64,000 nt of DNA from Amphiscolops sp. MND2022 (lineage: Eukaryota). Each line of letters begins with the position of its first letter. The first letter of the stretch is position 1. The stretch lies in the NCBI GenBank assembly GCA_964187785.1, contig OZ076409.1, positions 76,386,001 through 76,450,000 on the forward strand. The letters are read 5' to 3'. The translations under genes were made by a program, and so were the position numbers. The notes beneath the pieces are model-generated. The model did no database searches, was not told the origin of the DNA, and was given only the letters and a program-made list of their open reading frames with translations. Shown one piece after another: positions 39,501-47,988 of the stretch.

Positions 39501-42500
39501 CAAACCAGTTTTTCAAAAGAGGTTTGCAGACAATTTCTATTGGTAAGTATAGACCACACCAGCTAACGTCAACAGAAAGTGTTTTAAAAATGGACAGTGT
39601 CGATAGCGATGTACATGTTAACCGGTTGGGAACAGCTTGCGCATCTGAAACACCTGATTTGTTTGTAACATTCACTTGTAATCAAAAAGAACATCCGGGA
39701 GTAGCAGAAGTAGTACAGGCTATTTACGAACTTTTTGGGTCAGCAACAACAGAAGAGCTAAAAGAAATACTCCAAGCGTACATGGTAATTATTGTGCGAT
39801 GTTGGACCAGAACCATCGAATTTTTACTAGACTACCTCAGGTTCTCTGACGAACACATTTTAGGCGAAATTTTGAAAGTGTGGGGTAGGGCTGAATTCCA
39901 GAGTGCTGCCGGAAATTTACAGCATTACCACATTCTTTTTTGGTTGAAACCTTCAGACGAAGACGTTTTGGAAAAAATTCAATGTGCTCAGAAACATGTT
40001 CTGCACCATTTTAAAAAACTGTTTGAAATCAATTTTGGGACTGTCAATAGTGAAGAACACGCAGGTAGATTGTACGATGACTGTGTTCGTATTCAAACAC
40101 ATGACTGTGAAAAAGGCCACTGTTTGAAAAAAGTTAGGTTAAACGGAGAACGTAAATGTCGCTTTCCTGCTTACCCGCAAAGTCACGTCCCGTGGTACAA
40201 AGAGTTCCACCAGCCCCATTCCAGAGAAGCATTGGAAGCCTTGCAGGAACTTGGCTTGGCTGAGGCAAGGCCGGGTTACAGTAATGAACTGCAGGTTACG
40301 TCGACTTTGATGGCAGGTAAGTATATGTACGCTGCCCAAAAAGGAGAGCACATGTCACCTCTTAATGTAGCTTTGTGGAGCATTACGAAGTCCAGTTTAA
40401 ATGTTCTTAAAGTTTGCAAATCAGTTGCTTCAAGGTATTTAACATCTTACGCAGCTGGTAAAGAGGAACATGCTGATGTCTCCATAAATCCCGCGAACGC
40501 CCAAAATGTTTTAAATGTGCAGGTTCAAAAAATTGAAAATAAAAAACTAGGAGGAGTTAGGAAAATTTTGGCTAGAGAAACTAAAGAACAAAAAACGCAA
40601 GGTTTAATTGATTCGACAACAATTGCGAGCACTGAATGTGTCTCGTGGATGTTACAACTGCCAACTGTAATAACCACGATGGACTTTGTGTCTGTTCCTT
40701 CCGTTCCCTTAGAAAATCGAGGGGGTGTCATACTGAAGAGGAAGAACAACACCCAATCAAGGGAAAACCGGCCAGGAATCGCAAATGAGGGTCCGGCGGA
40801 AGTGAGACAGCAAGTGCTTGGTCTCCCAAATCATCGTTGTTTCACAAATCCTCAAAAAACTGTTTTAGAAAGTGCTTGCAACACTCCTTTCAGCACTGAC
40901 AAAGTTACTGTGTTTTCATTGCGTGCACCAGAATTACTTTTTGTTGACAATTTAAAGTTTTACTTTAGGTGGTTTGTTAGGGAAAAAATTTCGAAAAAAA
41001 GGAGGGAAAATGTTTACACCAGGTTCATAAAAGTAGACATGATACAATCGCATTGGCTAGACGGCGAAGGTTACGCTACAAAATTGAGACCCTCGGCTAT
41101 TGAAGAATTCATAACTTTTGTACAGGAAAAGTTGCTTGAAAATCCTACGGATAATCGAATTTTAGATGCTCAATTGGTTGTTTCACAGGTAGTTCAAGAT
41201 CCTTCTCATGTAAACTATCACAATTTTGTTTCCGCAGATGTAAAATTGTCCAACACTCCTGCTGAAGTTGTTTTTTCAAAAGTGTATCCGCGAAATCCAT
41301 CTAACTTTTTGATTCATTTTTTACTCTCCACTGGTCGGTTTGAAACTGAGCTTGAACTTTTCGACGTACCTTCTTTGAGAGACGCGTACATTCGAGGAAA
41401 GGTTATTCCAGATAAACAGGTTTACGACAATGCTGATGTTAACCGATTACTTGAAAAGTACATTTTGGAACAACTGCGTTATTTACCAGGAGGTACACGA
41501 TCCTTTGACGCCCATTTGCTGGCTGCTAAATCTGTTTTTCACGGTCTTTTAATAAATAATGACATATACAGTGAAAGTATGCCAATAACGTTGATGAACA
41601 CGTTAACTGAAGCTCTGGAGGATAAGGCTAAAAAAATGTTGAGGCAGTCTCAAGTGAATATAGTCAAGTCTTTAGTTCAAAAACACCTGCCTTCATTTCC
41701 TTCATTGAGCACTTTTGAAACTGTAAGTAAGGAAACACCTTCAGATTGGCCCGCTGATCTTGTGCCTAATTCTTTTCAATCAGCAGAGTCGCTACAGGAA
41801 CAAAGTTTCATTTTAGAAGAACTAAAAAGTCTTATAGCTGAATGTATCTTTGTCGATCATAAGTTCAGACATCATCAATTGATTTTAGGTCCTCCAGGGA
41901 CAGGTAAAACTTATGTTTTGACTATGGCATTAGGCTACGCTCTTTCGAAAGGTTTGTTTTGTTTGGTGACCAGTTTAGCATCTAGAAGAGCGATGCAGTT
42001 TGGGGGTGAGCACATCCACAAATTGTTTTGTTTACCTCCCTCCTCGACAGGGTCACCCATTAAAATGGCTGAACAAGCGTTAGTAAAACTGGACCATAGG
42101 AATGACAAGAAAATGCTCCTTCTTGCTCTCGAAGTGCTGTTTGTTGAAGAAATCAGTCTGATCAGTGCTGAGCAATGGGCTGCAATGGACATCGTTTTGC
42201 AAGAGTTGAAAGAATCGAAATTGCCCTTTGGTGGTATACTCGTAATTGCAAGTGGTGACCAAATGCAGCTACCCGCAATAGACGGCAACGACATTTTCTT
42301 GAGTCCGGTTTTGCTCACGAATTTCGCTTTGTTTTTTTTACAGCATTTTGTTAGGATGACTGATGAAGAGGGTCAAAAGGTGCTGCGTCACATGTGGAAA
42401 CGTCCAATCGATCCCCAAGCCATTGAAGAGATTCTCGAGATTCTCAGTTCCAAGTGTATTTTTAAGGACAACTGGGACGATTTGGACGATCCTTGCGTGA

Positions 42501-43663
42501 TGCGTGTTTTTGGTAAACGGAAAGCTGAGCAGAAGGAATTTGAGAACCACATTCAGCGAGTACGTTCGTCGGGTACGTCGCACCGAATTTTTGAAGCCAC
42601 GGACGAAATCTGTCTTAGTAAGAGCTCGGTTTGGAGTCAGACGGACTCTCGTCAAGTCGGTAACTACCTGAGCGACAAGGTAAACGAACCGAAGCAGCTA
42701 GTTGTTTACCATAAGGCTTTGGTTAGGGTCACAGTCAATTTGGAATCTGAGCAGTTGTCTCAAGGACAGGTCGGAGTTGTTCATGACGTTCCTACAGGTG
42801 ACTCGGTCACAATTTACGTCCCAGACACTAGCGGTGGTGAGGTAAGCATTACCCCTGAGATGTTGCAACGCGAAGAATACTTGACCTGGAGGACTGTGAC
42901 TTTGACCAGGCAAACTGGGTTTGTTCAAGCTTTCAAGAAAAACTCCGTGAGACGAACCCAGATTCCGCTAATGAACTTTGTTGCTCTAACAACTCACAAA
43001 TTAATGGGTGATACGTTTGATAAGCTGGCAACGTCCATCTCGGCAACGGATAACAGCTATGCTTTGTGGATGACGTCGCAAATTTTCGTCATTGTTAGTC
43101 GTGTAAAACAATTGAAAAAACTAACTTTTGTCGGAGATAAAACAGCTACGTTGAGCGCCATTAAAACACTTTTGCAGGAGAGGGATCGAAAAGAAGAACA
43201 TATGTTTACTTTACTTGATAAAATAAGAAGAAATTCAAGGTCAGGATCTGTTGTGGAACCCATCAACGTTTCGAGAATGTCTTACGTTCCTTTTAATAAA
43301 ACAATCCCTGAAACACCTAATGGTTTTGTGTACTTGTTAATTAGTGTCAATCAGTGCTCCCCCCAAACATTTTACGTTGGCCAAACTAAACGCGCCCTTT
43401 TGGTACGTCTCTCGGAGCATAACAGCGGAAATGGATCAGACTTTACAAACGTATCGCATCGATTACCTTGGGCCATTGCCGCGTTTGTTTGTAACTTTGA
43501 TTCCGATAGTTCCCGTGTAGACTTAGAGCGAGACTTACATAATGCGATGTTCGAGCGACGAGCCAATCTTAAGACATTAAACGACATGACAGCTCTTTTC
43601 CAGGAAAAAATAAACGAGAAAAATTGTAACCTGTACTTTTGTGTTTGCGGTCGTACTAGTTAG
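36545..43663 (+). CDS. Helitron-like RepHel transposase: Cys/His-rich N-terminus, HUH Rep domain, PIF1-family SF1B helicase, C-terminal GIY-YIG (SLX1-like) endonuclease
   Basis: The track ORF opens at TTG 36539; the first ATG is at 36545 (2372 aa). Rep motif 1 PDLFVTFTCN (~39650), motif 2 AEFQSAAGNLQHYHILFW (~39890-39945) and motif 3 YLTSY (~40436). Walker A GPPGTGKT (~41888), Walker B region LFVEEISLI, then PFGGILVIASGDQMQLPAI, RTQIPL..ALTTHK and IVSRVK. GIY-YIG region GFVYLL...FYVGQT..L..RL.EHN.G.G..FT....PW (~43320-43600). Confidence 0.95.
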   Translation: MSRGRPTGSRGRGRRATNRNRCPIHNIFLSGEVCRRCEEIQQFEEQQEMRVEAATDEIEDSVPFPPDVPNGAETRQEMCAKCCRTTTDNYRLDFQTLHRDSLHTTMFGKTVAEMTGETATLCQECVTYNNNATRHTDWPNAWPSVMYTLLFETHRFSSDAEKLFYLLPHEIRQSYKNHFNVIHPTVSTDTTVSTFRDITKEKEHFWQLINNRKAKTLVQALTNFCFPNVRCPAGCFEFVEKANGICFAHFLNYLYPTFTSFNANSRKFLNGTRDDFLEPVTLLQKFKISPCIIKNEKGLQLVTCSDHSKGVPLKYVHVPTNPVSANISPKFADRLAPMVSSVRTFRPLKIGSKSCTFTMCRVDSGRVSGVSSTVLHKYRYFEAPYNKLLIKLEKLLINFRGDIKDVIRTCCKNEELSESAAEHYLNSLPPVTSALVEKHCSNAVVFDMNTLMRMKDFVESCPDDIVRQEDLKIPLVLGHKFDDYGQEPPCFPKAFIDDTNIFPFVAAFSTNSSLFHKLVSSATDDEHSQVVLRMLQKLRQNTRLPKTRTIEANLNQFKNAIVHLVETENDLFLAFCEKLEGCLVVKCRQAEVSNFLIDCSRYDVILFASSASHGREHQIPFQLTSINGKTFDLTLVSAEGKASVRYGEPFYGFWTLKENGNKFVKDPMLEYQYNRNWKFLVYTCRTDLEEKTKLRYLKYMGGQGIFFCREHNLPLTTDYLRSNRKCSVPRNTIGICTRKSAWRCPEKECCASVCKTHFAEFCDSTDRVLVDNTPSVEPINDSSDEEHDVPAAEVDEPVVGHDNLFNLDSVQRPEEDPEANMNEFDCPELIVDAGVQESGNFATDSGCEPVYLCNDSKFVPMHVLLNGECQLMKRLKYPKHVGKKFQRFFQNFVSTLPGRSIPLLQPEACLFPSIFYKQLEDGSFPGALPFFLYDDKKANSKFDYDGLHEHLRLRLKDGTLLTSSNLSYIMHAFDAVLNLSLTKCHTNQFFKRGLQTISIGKYRPHQLTSTESVLKMDSVDSDVHVNRLGTACASETPDLFVTFTCNQKEHPGVAEVVQAIYELFGSATTEELKEILQAYMVIIVRCWTRTIEFLLDYLRFSDEHILGEILKVWGRAEFQSAAGNLQHYHILFWLKPSDEDVLEKIQCAQKHVLHHFKKLFEINFGTVNSEEHAGRLYDDCVRIQTHDCEKGHCLKKVRLNGERKCRFPAYPQSHVPWYKEFHQPHSREALEALQELGLAEARPGYSNELQVTSTLMAGKYMYAAQKGEHMSPLNVALWSITKSSLNVLKVCKSVASRYLTSYAAGKEEHADVSINPANAQNVLNVQVQKIENKKLGGVRKILARETKEQKTQGLIDSTTIASTECVSWMLQLPTVITTMDFVSVPSVPLENRGGVILKRKNNTQSRENRPGIANEGPAEVRQQVLGLPNHRCFTNPQKTVLESACNTPFSTDKVTVFSLRAPELLFVDNLKFYFRWFVREKISKKRRENVYTRFIKVDMIQSHWLDGEGYATKLRPSAIEEFITFVQEKLLENPTDNRILDAQLVVSQVVQDPSHVNYHNFVSADVKLSNTPAEVVFSKVYPRNPSNFLIHFLLSTGRFETELELFDVPSLRDAYIRGKVIPDKQVYDNADVNRLLEKYILEQLRYLPGGTRSFDAHLLAAKSVFHGLLINNDIYSESMPITLMNTLTEALEDKAKKMLRQSQVNIVKSLVQKHLPSFPSLSTFETVSKETPSDWPADLVPNSFQSAESLQEQSFILEELKSLIAECIFVDHKFRHHQLILGPPGTGKTYVLTMALGYALSKGLFCLVTSLASRRAMQFGGEHIHKLFCLPPSSTGSPIKMAEQALVKLDHRNDKKMLLLALEVLFVEEISLISAEQWAAMDIVLQELKESKLPFGGILVIASGDQMQLPAIDGNDIFLSPVLLTNFALFFLQHFVRMTDEEGQKVLRHMWKRPIDPQAIEEILEILSSKCIFKDNWDDLDDPCVMRVFGKRKAEQKEFENHIQRVRSSGTSHRIFEATDEICLSKSSVWSQTDSRQVGNYLSDKVNEPKQLVVYHKALVRVTVNLESEQLSQGQVGVVHDVPTGDSVTIYVPDTSGGEVSITPEMLQREEYLTWRTVTLTRQTGFVQAFKKNSVRRTQIPLMNFVALTTHKLMGDTFDKLATSISATDNSYALWMTSQIFVIVSRVKQLKKLTFVGDKTATLSAIKTLLQERDRKEEHMFTLLDKIRRNSRSGSVVEPINVSRMSYVPFNKTIPETPNGFVYLLISVNQCSPQTFYVGQTKRALLVRLSEHNSGNGSDFTNVSHRLPWAIAAFVCNFDSDSSRVDLERDLHNAMFERRANLKTLNDMTALFQEKINEKNCNLYFCVCGRTS

Positions 43664-43825
43664 GGTAAAAAATCATGTAAACTTCGAGGTATGTTGCCCT
43701 TTTGAGCCATCTGCCTCTTTAAATTGGAATGTAAAATCTAGGAAGATAGGTTAACGTGTATTGCCGTGCAGTTACCATCAAATGAAGACCACCAGAAGTG
43801 ACAGTGGATGATGAAGAAGAATCCA

Positions 43826-44030
43826 TTGTGTATGATCTTGTGTGGACCTTGTGAGTCTTCGAAGTTCATACACAAACTAATAAATGATACAATACAACGG
43901 TGTCTGAGCTTGTGTGGACCTTTTGAGTCTTCGGAGTTCATACACCAACCCATAAACTAATAAATGAAAATTTAATAAAATGGTGTCTGAGCTTGTGTGG
44001 ACCTTTTGAGTCTTCGGAGTTCATACACCA
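43826..44030 (+). repeat. Three copies of a ~50-nt stem-loop motif in the RepHel 3' UTR, each followed by AATAAA
   Basis: Copies at 43826-43875, 43899-43946 and 43981-44030, with core TGTGTGGAC-CTTKTGA-GTCTTCG and paired flanks. A fourth related copy lies at 47510-47559. Confidence 0.75.
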
Positions 44031-44303
44031 ACCCATAAATAAAAAAATATATATCACTGGACGGACAATTGACTCCGATTTTGACTTTTTTGACATGACT
44101 TTTCGACTTTTTGACTGTTTTTGACAGAAAAGAACTAAAACTACCCCTAATGACTGACTGAATTCAACTCTTTTTCTACTCTTACATTTGGTTTTCCCTG
44201 AGATGAGCTAGAAGGTTGAGATGAAGAAAGATAAAATAGACTTCAGAGTAACAGCAACCGCAGTAGTTTTCTAATTACATTGTTTGCAGTAATAGAGACA
44301 GCC

Positions 44304-44590
44304 GACGACGAAGAAGAAAGAAGATGAGCATATGTACTATTTATATTCGTAATATTTATAATAAAAGAGACAACGGACGACGATGAAGAAAGAAGATGAG
44401 CATATGTACTATATATATTCGTAATATTTGTGATAAAAGGGACAACGGACGACGATGAAGAAAGAAGATGAGCATATGTACTATTTATATTCGTAATATT
44501 TATAATAAAAGAGATAACGGACGACGATGAAGAAAGAAATTGAGCATATGTACTATATATATTCGTAATATTTGTGATAAAAGGGACAAC
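44304..44590 (+). repeat. 72-bp minisatellite, 4 copies, two alternating variants
   Basis: GACGACGA(T/A)GAAGAAAGAAGATGAGCATATGTACTAT... recurs at ~44304, 44376, 44448 and 44520. Confidence 0.9.
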
Positions 44591-44774
44591 CTGATCTTAA
44601 TAAATGGAGTTGCCTGCTAGGGATACTTTGACTATTAGCCACATGTCGTTACCGTAGTTGTAGCATACTCTTTCAGAGCTTAATACTTGTACTGTTTTCA
44701 TTCATGTAACAGTTCATTCATGTTACCTCCACTTATGCGAAAAACATCAACCTTTGTATTTGTCTTCAGATCAA

Positions 44775-45437
44775 ATGGAAGCTCCAAAAATTGTCGTCGT
44801 CGGTGCCAGCAACCTCGTTTCTCTTCAGAAGCTGCCCCTGGTTGCCTGCAACTGCGACACTCCAACTTGTTGTCAACCTCAAAATCACATCAGTGGAATA
44901 CCTTCAAACATCAATTTTAAAGTTTTTGCAAAGCCGGGAGCTAAGTTTATCCACAACAATTGGGAAAAAGATGCGAATAATTTGTTCAAACAGGCTTTAA
45001 ATTGCAACCCTACTACAATCGTGTTCTATATGGATATTTTGATGAACTCCCTTACCGTTCCCCCGTGGCTAAATCCTGCTCTTCATAAACCTCTGTCCCC
45101 CGCTAGAGTTATTCATTGCCTGAAGTTAATAGAGAGAAAAGCCAACGCTAGAGACTGTCGTTTTGTTGTAGTACTTTGTAGGAGGAGAAAAAGCGATGAA
45201 AGAAAACTTGAGCCAGGAACGTCTTCGAATAACACGACATCCCCTGAAACGTCTTTAGATAATGAGTTTAACCGTTTATTAAAGGATAATTTCTTTGTTT
45301 ATTTCGATCTCAAACTTAGTAATTCCGCTTTTAAAGTAAATGATAGTGCCCATCAAACGCAATTGTCATTGAACTTGTCCCTCGGAAGAATTATTCGCTT
45401 CTTTTACAAGCAAGATCAACTTCTTCAAGATTCCTAA
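44775..45437 (+). CDS. SGNH/GDSL hydrolase-like protein (220 aa)
   Basis: Block I IVVVGASN (GDS-like), block II PGAK, block III-like DILMNSL and block V DSAH (DxxH), in the correct order and spacing. The ATG at 44775 follows a TCTTCAG acceptor-like site; the track ORF starts at TTG 44754. Confidence 0.75.
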   Translation: MEAPKIVVVGASNLVSLQKLPLVACNCDTPTCCQPQNHISGIPSNINFKVFAKPGAKFIHNNWEKDANNLFKQALNCNPTTIVFYMDILMNSLTVPPWLNPALHKPLSPARVIHCLKLIERKANARDCRFVVVLCRRRKSDERKLEPGTSSNNTTSPETSLDNEFNRLLKDNFFVYFDLKLSNSAFKVNDSAHQTQLSLNLSLGRIIRFFYKQDQLLQDS

Positions 45438-45779
45438 AACTTGCGCTTTGTCAGTTTAAGCCCTTTAGGTGCTTAAACTGACTTTTTTCCTCTCTTTTCT
45501 CTTCTTTTCCGCCTTTTTCTTTTTTAGGGTTCTGGCGACGTGGAAGAGTGGAGAGGAAACTTGGCCTGCTTGCAGGATTGCCAGCTGTCTTCGTGGAAAA
45601 AGTTGTGCTTGTCTACGTCCTTGCTTCAACTTGGACCCGAAGCAGCTGTCTCACAAATTGCGCCCAGTTTGCCAAGTTTTCTGGGTTGAAACAAAAAACC
45701 AGAAATTCCAAAAAAAAAACAAAAAAAGGCTGTTTACCAGCCTACAAAACATAAAAAAAATATGTATAACCCTGTAAAA

Positions 45780-45860
45780 CCCAAAAAAAAACAAAAAAAA
45801 ACAACAAAAAAACAAAAAAAACAAAAAAAAAAACAAAAATCCAAAAAAAAACAAAAACAC
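45780..45860 (+). repeat. A-rich low-complexity tract (CAAAAAAA-like repeats)
   Basis: Directly visible A/C tract between the two accessory ORFs. Confidence 0.85.
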
Positions 45861-46457
45861 TTTCAATAATGGAAAGTGTGGATTGTTTTTACTTTTTAAG
45901 CTTTTTCATCAACATTTTTAAAATTTTCATAGTTTTTTAATACGAAAATCTTTTTACTCAATTCTGAATATTTTTAAAATTTTCCATTTTTTCCAATCTA
46001 ATCCGAATTTTTCTAATTCATCCAACTTTTCTGCAACTCGAACGTAGTTAATTGGCTCGACTCCACTATCTTTACTAATGTAATTTACTACACTAACAAA
46101 GAGGAGTTAAGCTCCTAATTTTACATTATCTTAAGCTTTTAATTGTACATAAACCTGTATATATTGAACTTGTCGATAGTGTTTTATTTGTATTATAATC
46201 ATTAGCGTACAGTTCAGCAAGATTGGTGGTATGGACTTTTCAATGACTTCCCGGTTTCCATTAAAACAGGTGTCAATTTAATCCGTTCTAAACAATCGTA
46301 ACTTGTATATGGTGTAAAACTGTACATATACATTTCCTTTTCACTGGTTTACTGACTCGTTTCGGACAATTCAAGAGTATTTTGAGACCAAAACTAATTG
46401 TGACCCGGCTTAGACGAACGCTTCCATTTGCTTGGTGAAAAATAACATTTTGAAAAC

Positions 46458-47474
46458 ATGACTTATGTTTTCAGATTTCTTGTGAATATGCCGAGCTTCC
46501 TTGAAGCTAAATTGAATCTTGCCAGTGCGCAATTGAAAACCGCGAAGTTTACCACAATTGATCCATCAAAGTTTGAAGGTCAGGACAACCTTCCAAGGCT
46601 CTTCAAACTGTCAGTCACCTTCTTGTATGCATCTCAGCCCGCCAAAAAGATAGGTTACTCCAAAACGACAAAGAATTATGGACAGGCCTCGAGGAAGTTG
46701 GAAGTTGACAAGTATCATCGGTTCTTCCTCTTGAACGCAGCAGGTTCGTCATGCTGCTATGCCTTATTTTCCGAGAACTCAGAAGAATCACGAAAAATGT
46801 TAAGATATGCCGCGTACTTTGGTCCGGGCACACAGCTCAATTTGTTAAAGCCGGAGTTGATTGGGCATCTGTCACGTGGGCAAACGATGCTGCTCAAAAC
46901 AAATGAGCCCCTAGTACCGGTTGCCACGCCAACTCAAATTCCAGTTCCGCCGCCTTTCGACGTCGAGAGCAGTAATTACTGCGGTTTCCTGTTCACTACC
47001 AAAGCCCTGAAGTTAGACTCCGCTTTGGTGGCTGAGAATGTCTGTCCCTCCACGCTTTGTGACGGGCAGACATATCACGAAGCGTGCCCATGCCTAGAAA
47101 CAAGTCAGGACAAAACTTGGGTTATCTCCCTGGCGTTCACTTGTCCCGAATTAACAACCGAAATCAACAATACCGGGGATGTTTTCAGAGTGACGTCAAA
47201 CGCCCTAACCAATTTCTTTGTTACCCCAACTGCCCGTTGCTTAAAAGGTGACAATGAAAAGCTCGACAGGTTCGAGTTGGACGACGCTGTGGAAAAATTA
47301 ATTGAAAGCGTGAACGGATCACAAGGGTTCACAATCCAAGGGTGGTTTAAGCCAGCAATCGATGAGGAGGGGGTTGCTGTTGAGAATAAGAAATTCCATA
47401 TTTGCAACATCGCGCCAGCAACTGCCCTCTCCGACACGCAGCTAGCCCTACGCTACAACGGAAAATCAACTTGA
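46458..47474 (+). CDS. Hypothetical protein, possibly tandem OB-fold plus Zn-ribbon ssDNA-binding (RPA70-like architecture)
   Basis: Clean 338-aa ORF; the true start may be ATG 46488, after the TTTTCAG acceptor ending at 46474. Shows a beta-rich pattern with an OB-like FGPGTQLNLLKP segment, a Pro-rich linker and CPSTLC-x8-CPC. The fold assignment is inference. Confidence 0.7.
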   Translation: MTYVFRFLVNMPSFLEAKLNLASAQLKTAKFTTIDPSKFEGQDNLPRLFKLSVTFLYASQPAKKIGYSKTTKNYGQASRKLEVDKYHRFFLLNAAGSSCCYALFSENSEESRKMLRYAAYFGPGTQLNLLKPELIGHLSRGQTMLLKTNEPLVPVATPTQIPVPPPFDVESSNYCGFLFTTKALKLDSALVAENVCPSTLCDGQTYHEACPCLETSQDKTWVISLAFTCPELTTEINNTGDVFRVTSNALTNFFVTPTARCLKGDNEKLDRFELDDAVEKLIESVNGSQGFTIQGWFKPAIDEEGVAVENKKFHICNIAPATALSDTQLALRYNGKST

Positions 47475-47988
47475 TGTGATGCAGAAAATACTAGCTACAT
47501 TCAGCGCTGTTGTGGTGAATAGTGTGTGGTCCTTTTGAGACCTCGGCTATTCACCACAATTTAAACTCAAAATACTCTTGCTTGTTGTTGATAACATGTT
47601 ATCGGTTATTTCTGTTTTAATTGAAACGAAATCCACAGGTAATGGGAAAATTGGAAAGGTAGATAAGAACTAATAGCATTTTTTCTACCTGGTACTTTTT
47701 TTTCAAATAAGCCACTGAGTGAGCAGTTAGGAGGTTGACATGAAATCAAAGTAGGATTTTAAGAGAATTAAAAAAAACTCTAGTGTAAATTCTAAAACTC
47801 AATTGGAATATGTGCGAACATTTATGTAACGACAACACTACCGCATTCTTGAACATCATTAACCACTAATTAACCTATCAACCAACACCCGACTGAAGAC
47901 GACCCTTCTCCAATCACGTAAGTAACTTTTACCTTTTTAAACAGTTTCCTGCCTTCTTGACTCTCTCCGTTCAACCGTGCACGTCTAG

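Larger units (their letters stand above)
35507..47988 (+). mobile_element. Autonomous Helitron-like rolling-circle transposon (12,482 bp)
   Basis: Bounded by the same CTAG|GTG junctions. The first ~785 bp are homologous to family B/C heads and the last 20 nt are shared with C units. Encodes an uninterrupted Rep-helicase ORF plus two accessory ORFs on the same strand. Confidence 0.92.

Noticed and set aside
36464..43587. Short antisense and alternate-frame ORFs overlapping RepHel
   Set aside because: Shadow ORFs of the long coding frame with no independent evidence.
45469..45866. ORFs 45469-45777, 45548-45754 and 45651-45866
   Set aside because: Driven by low-complexity A/T tracts with non-ATG starts. 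A small spliced exon after ~45527 is possible but unsupported.
47528..47542. Histone 3' stem-loop (GGTCCTTTTGAGACC)
   Set aside because: It does not fit the 6-bp stem and 4-nt loop geometry, and sister copies differ. Treated as a separate unknown motif.
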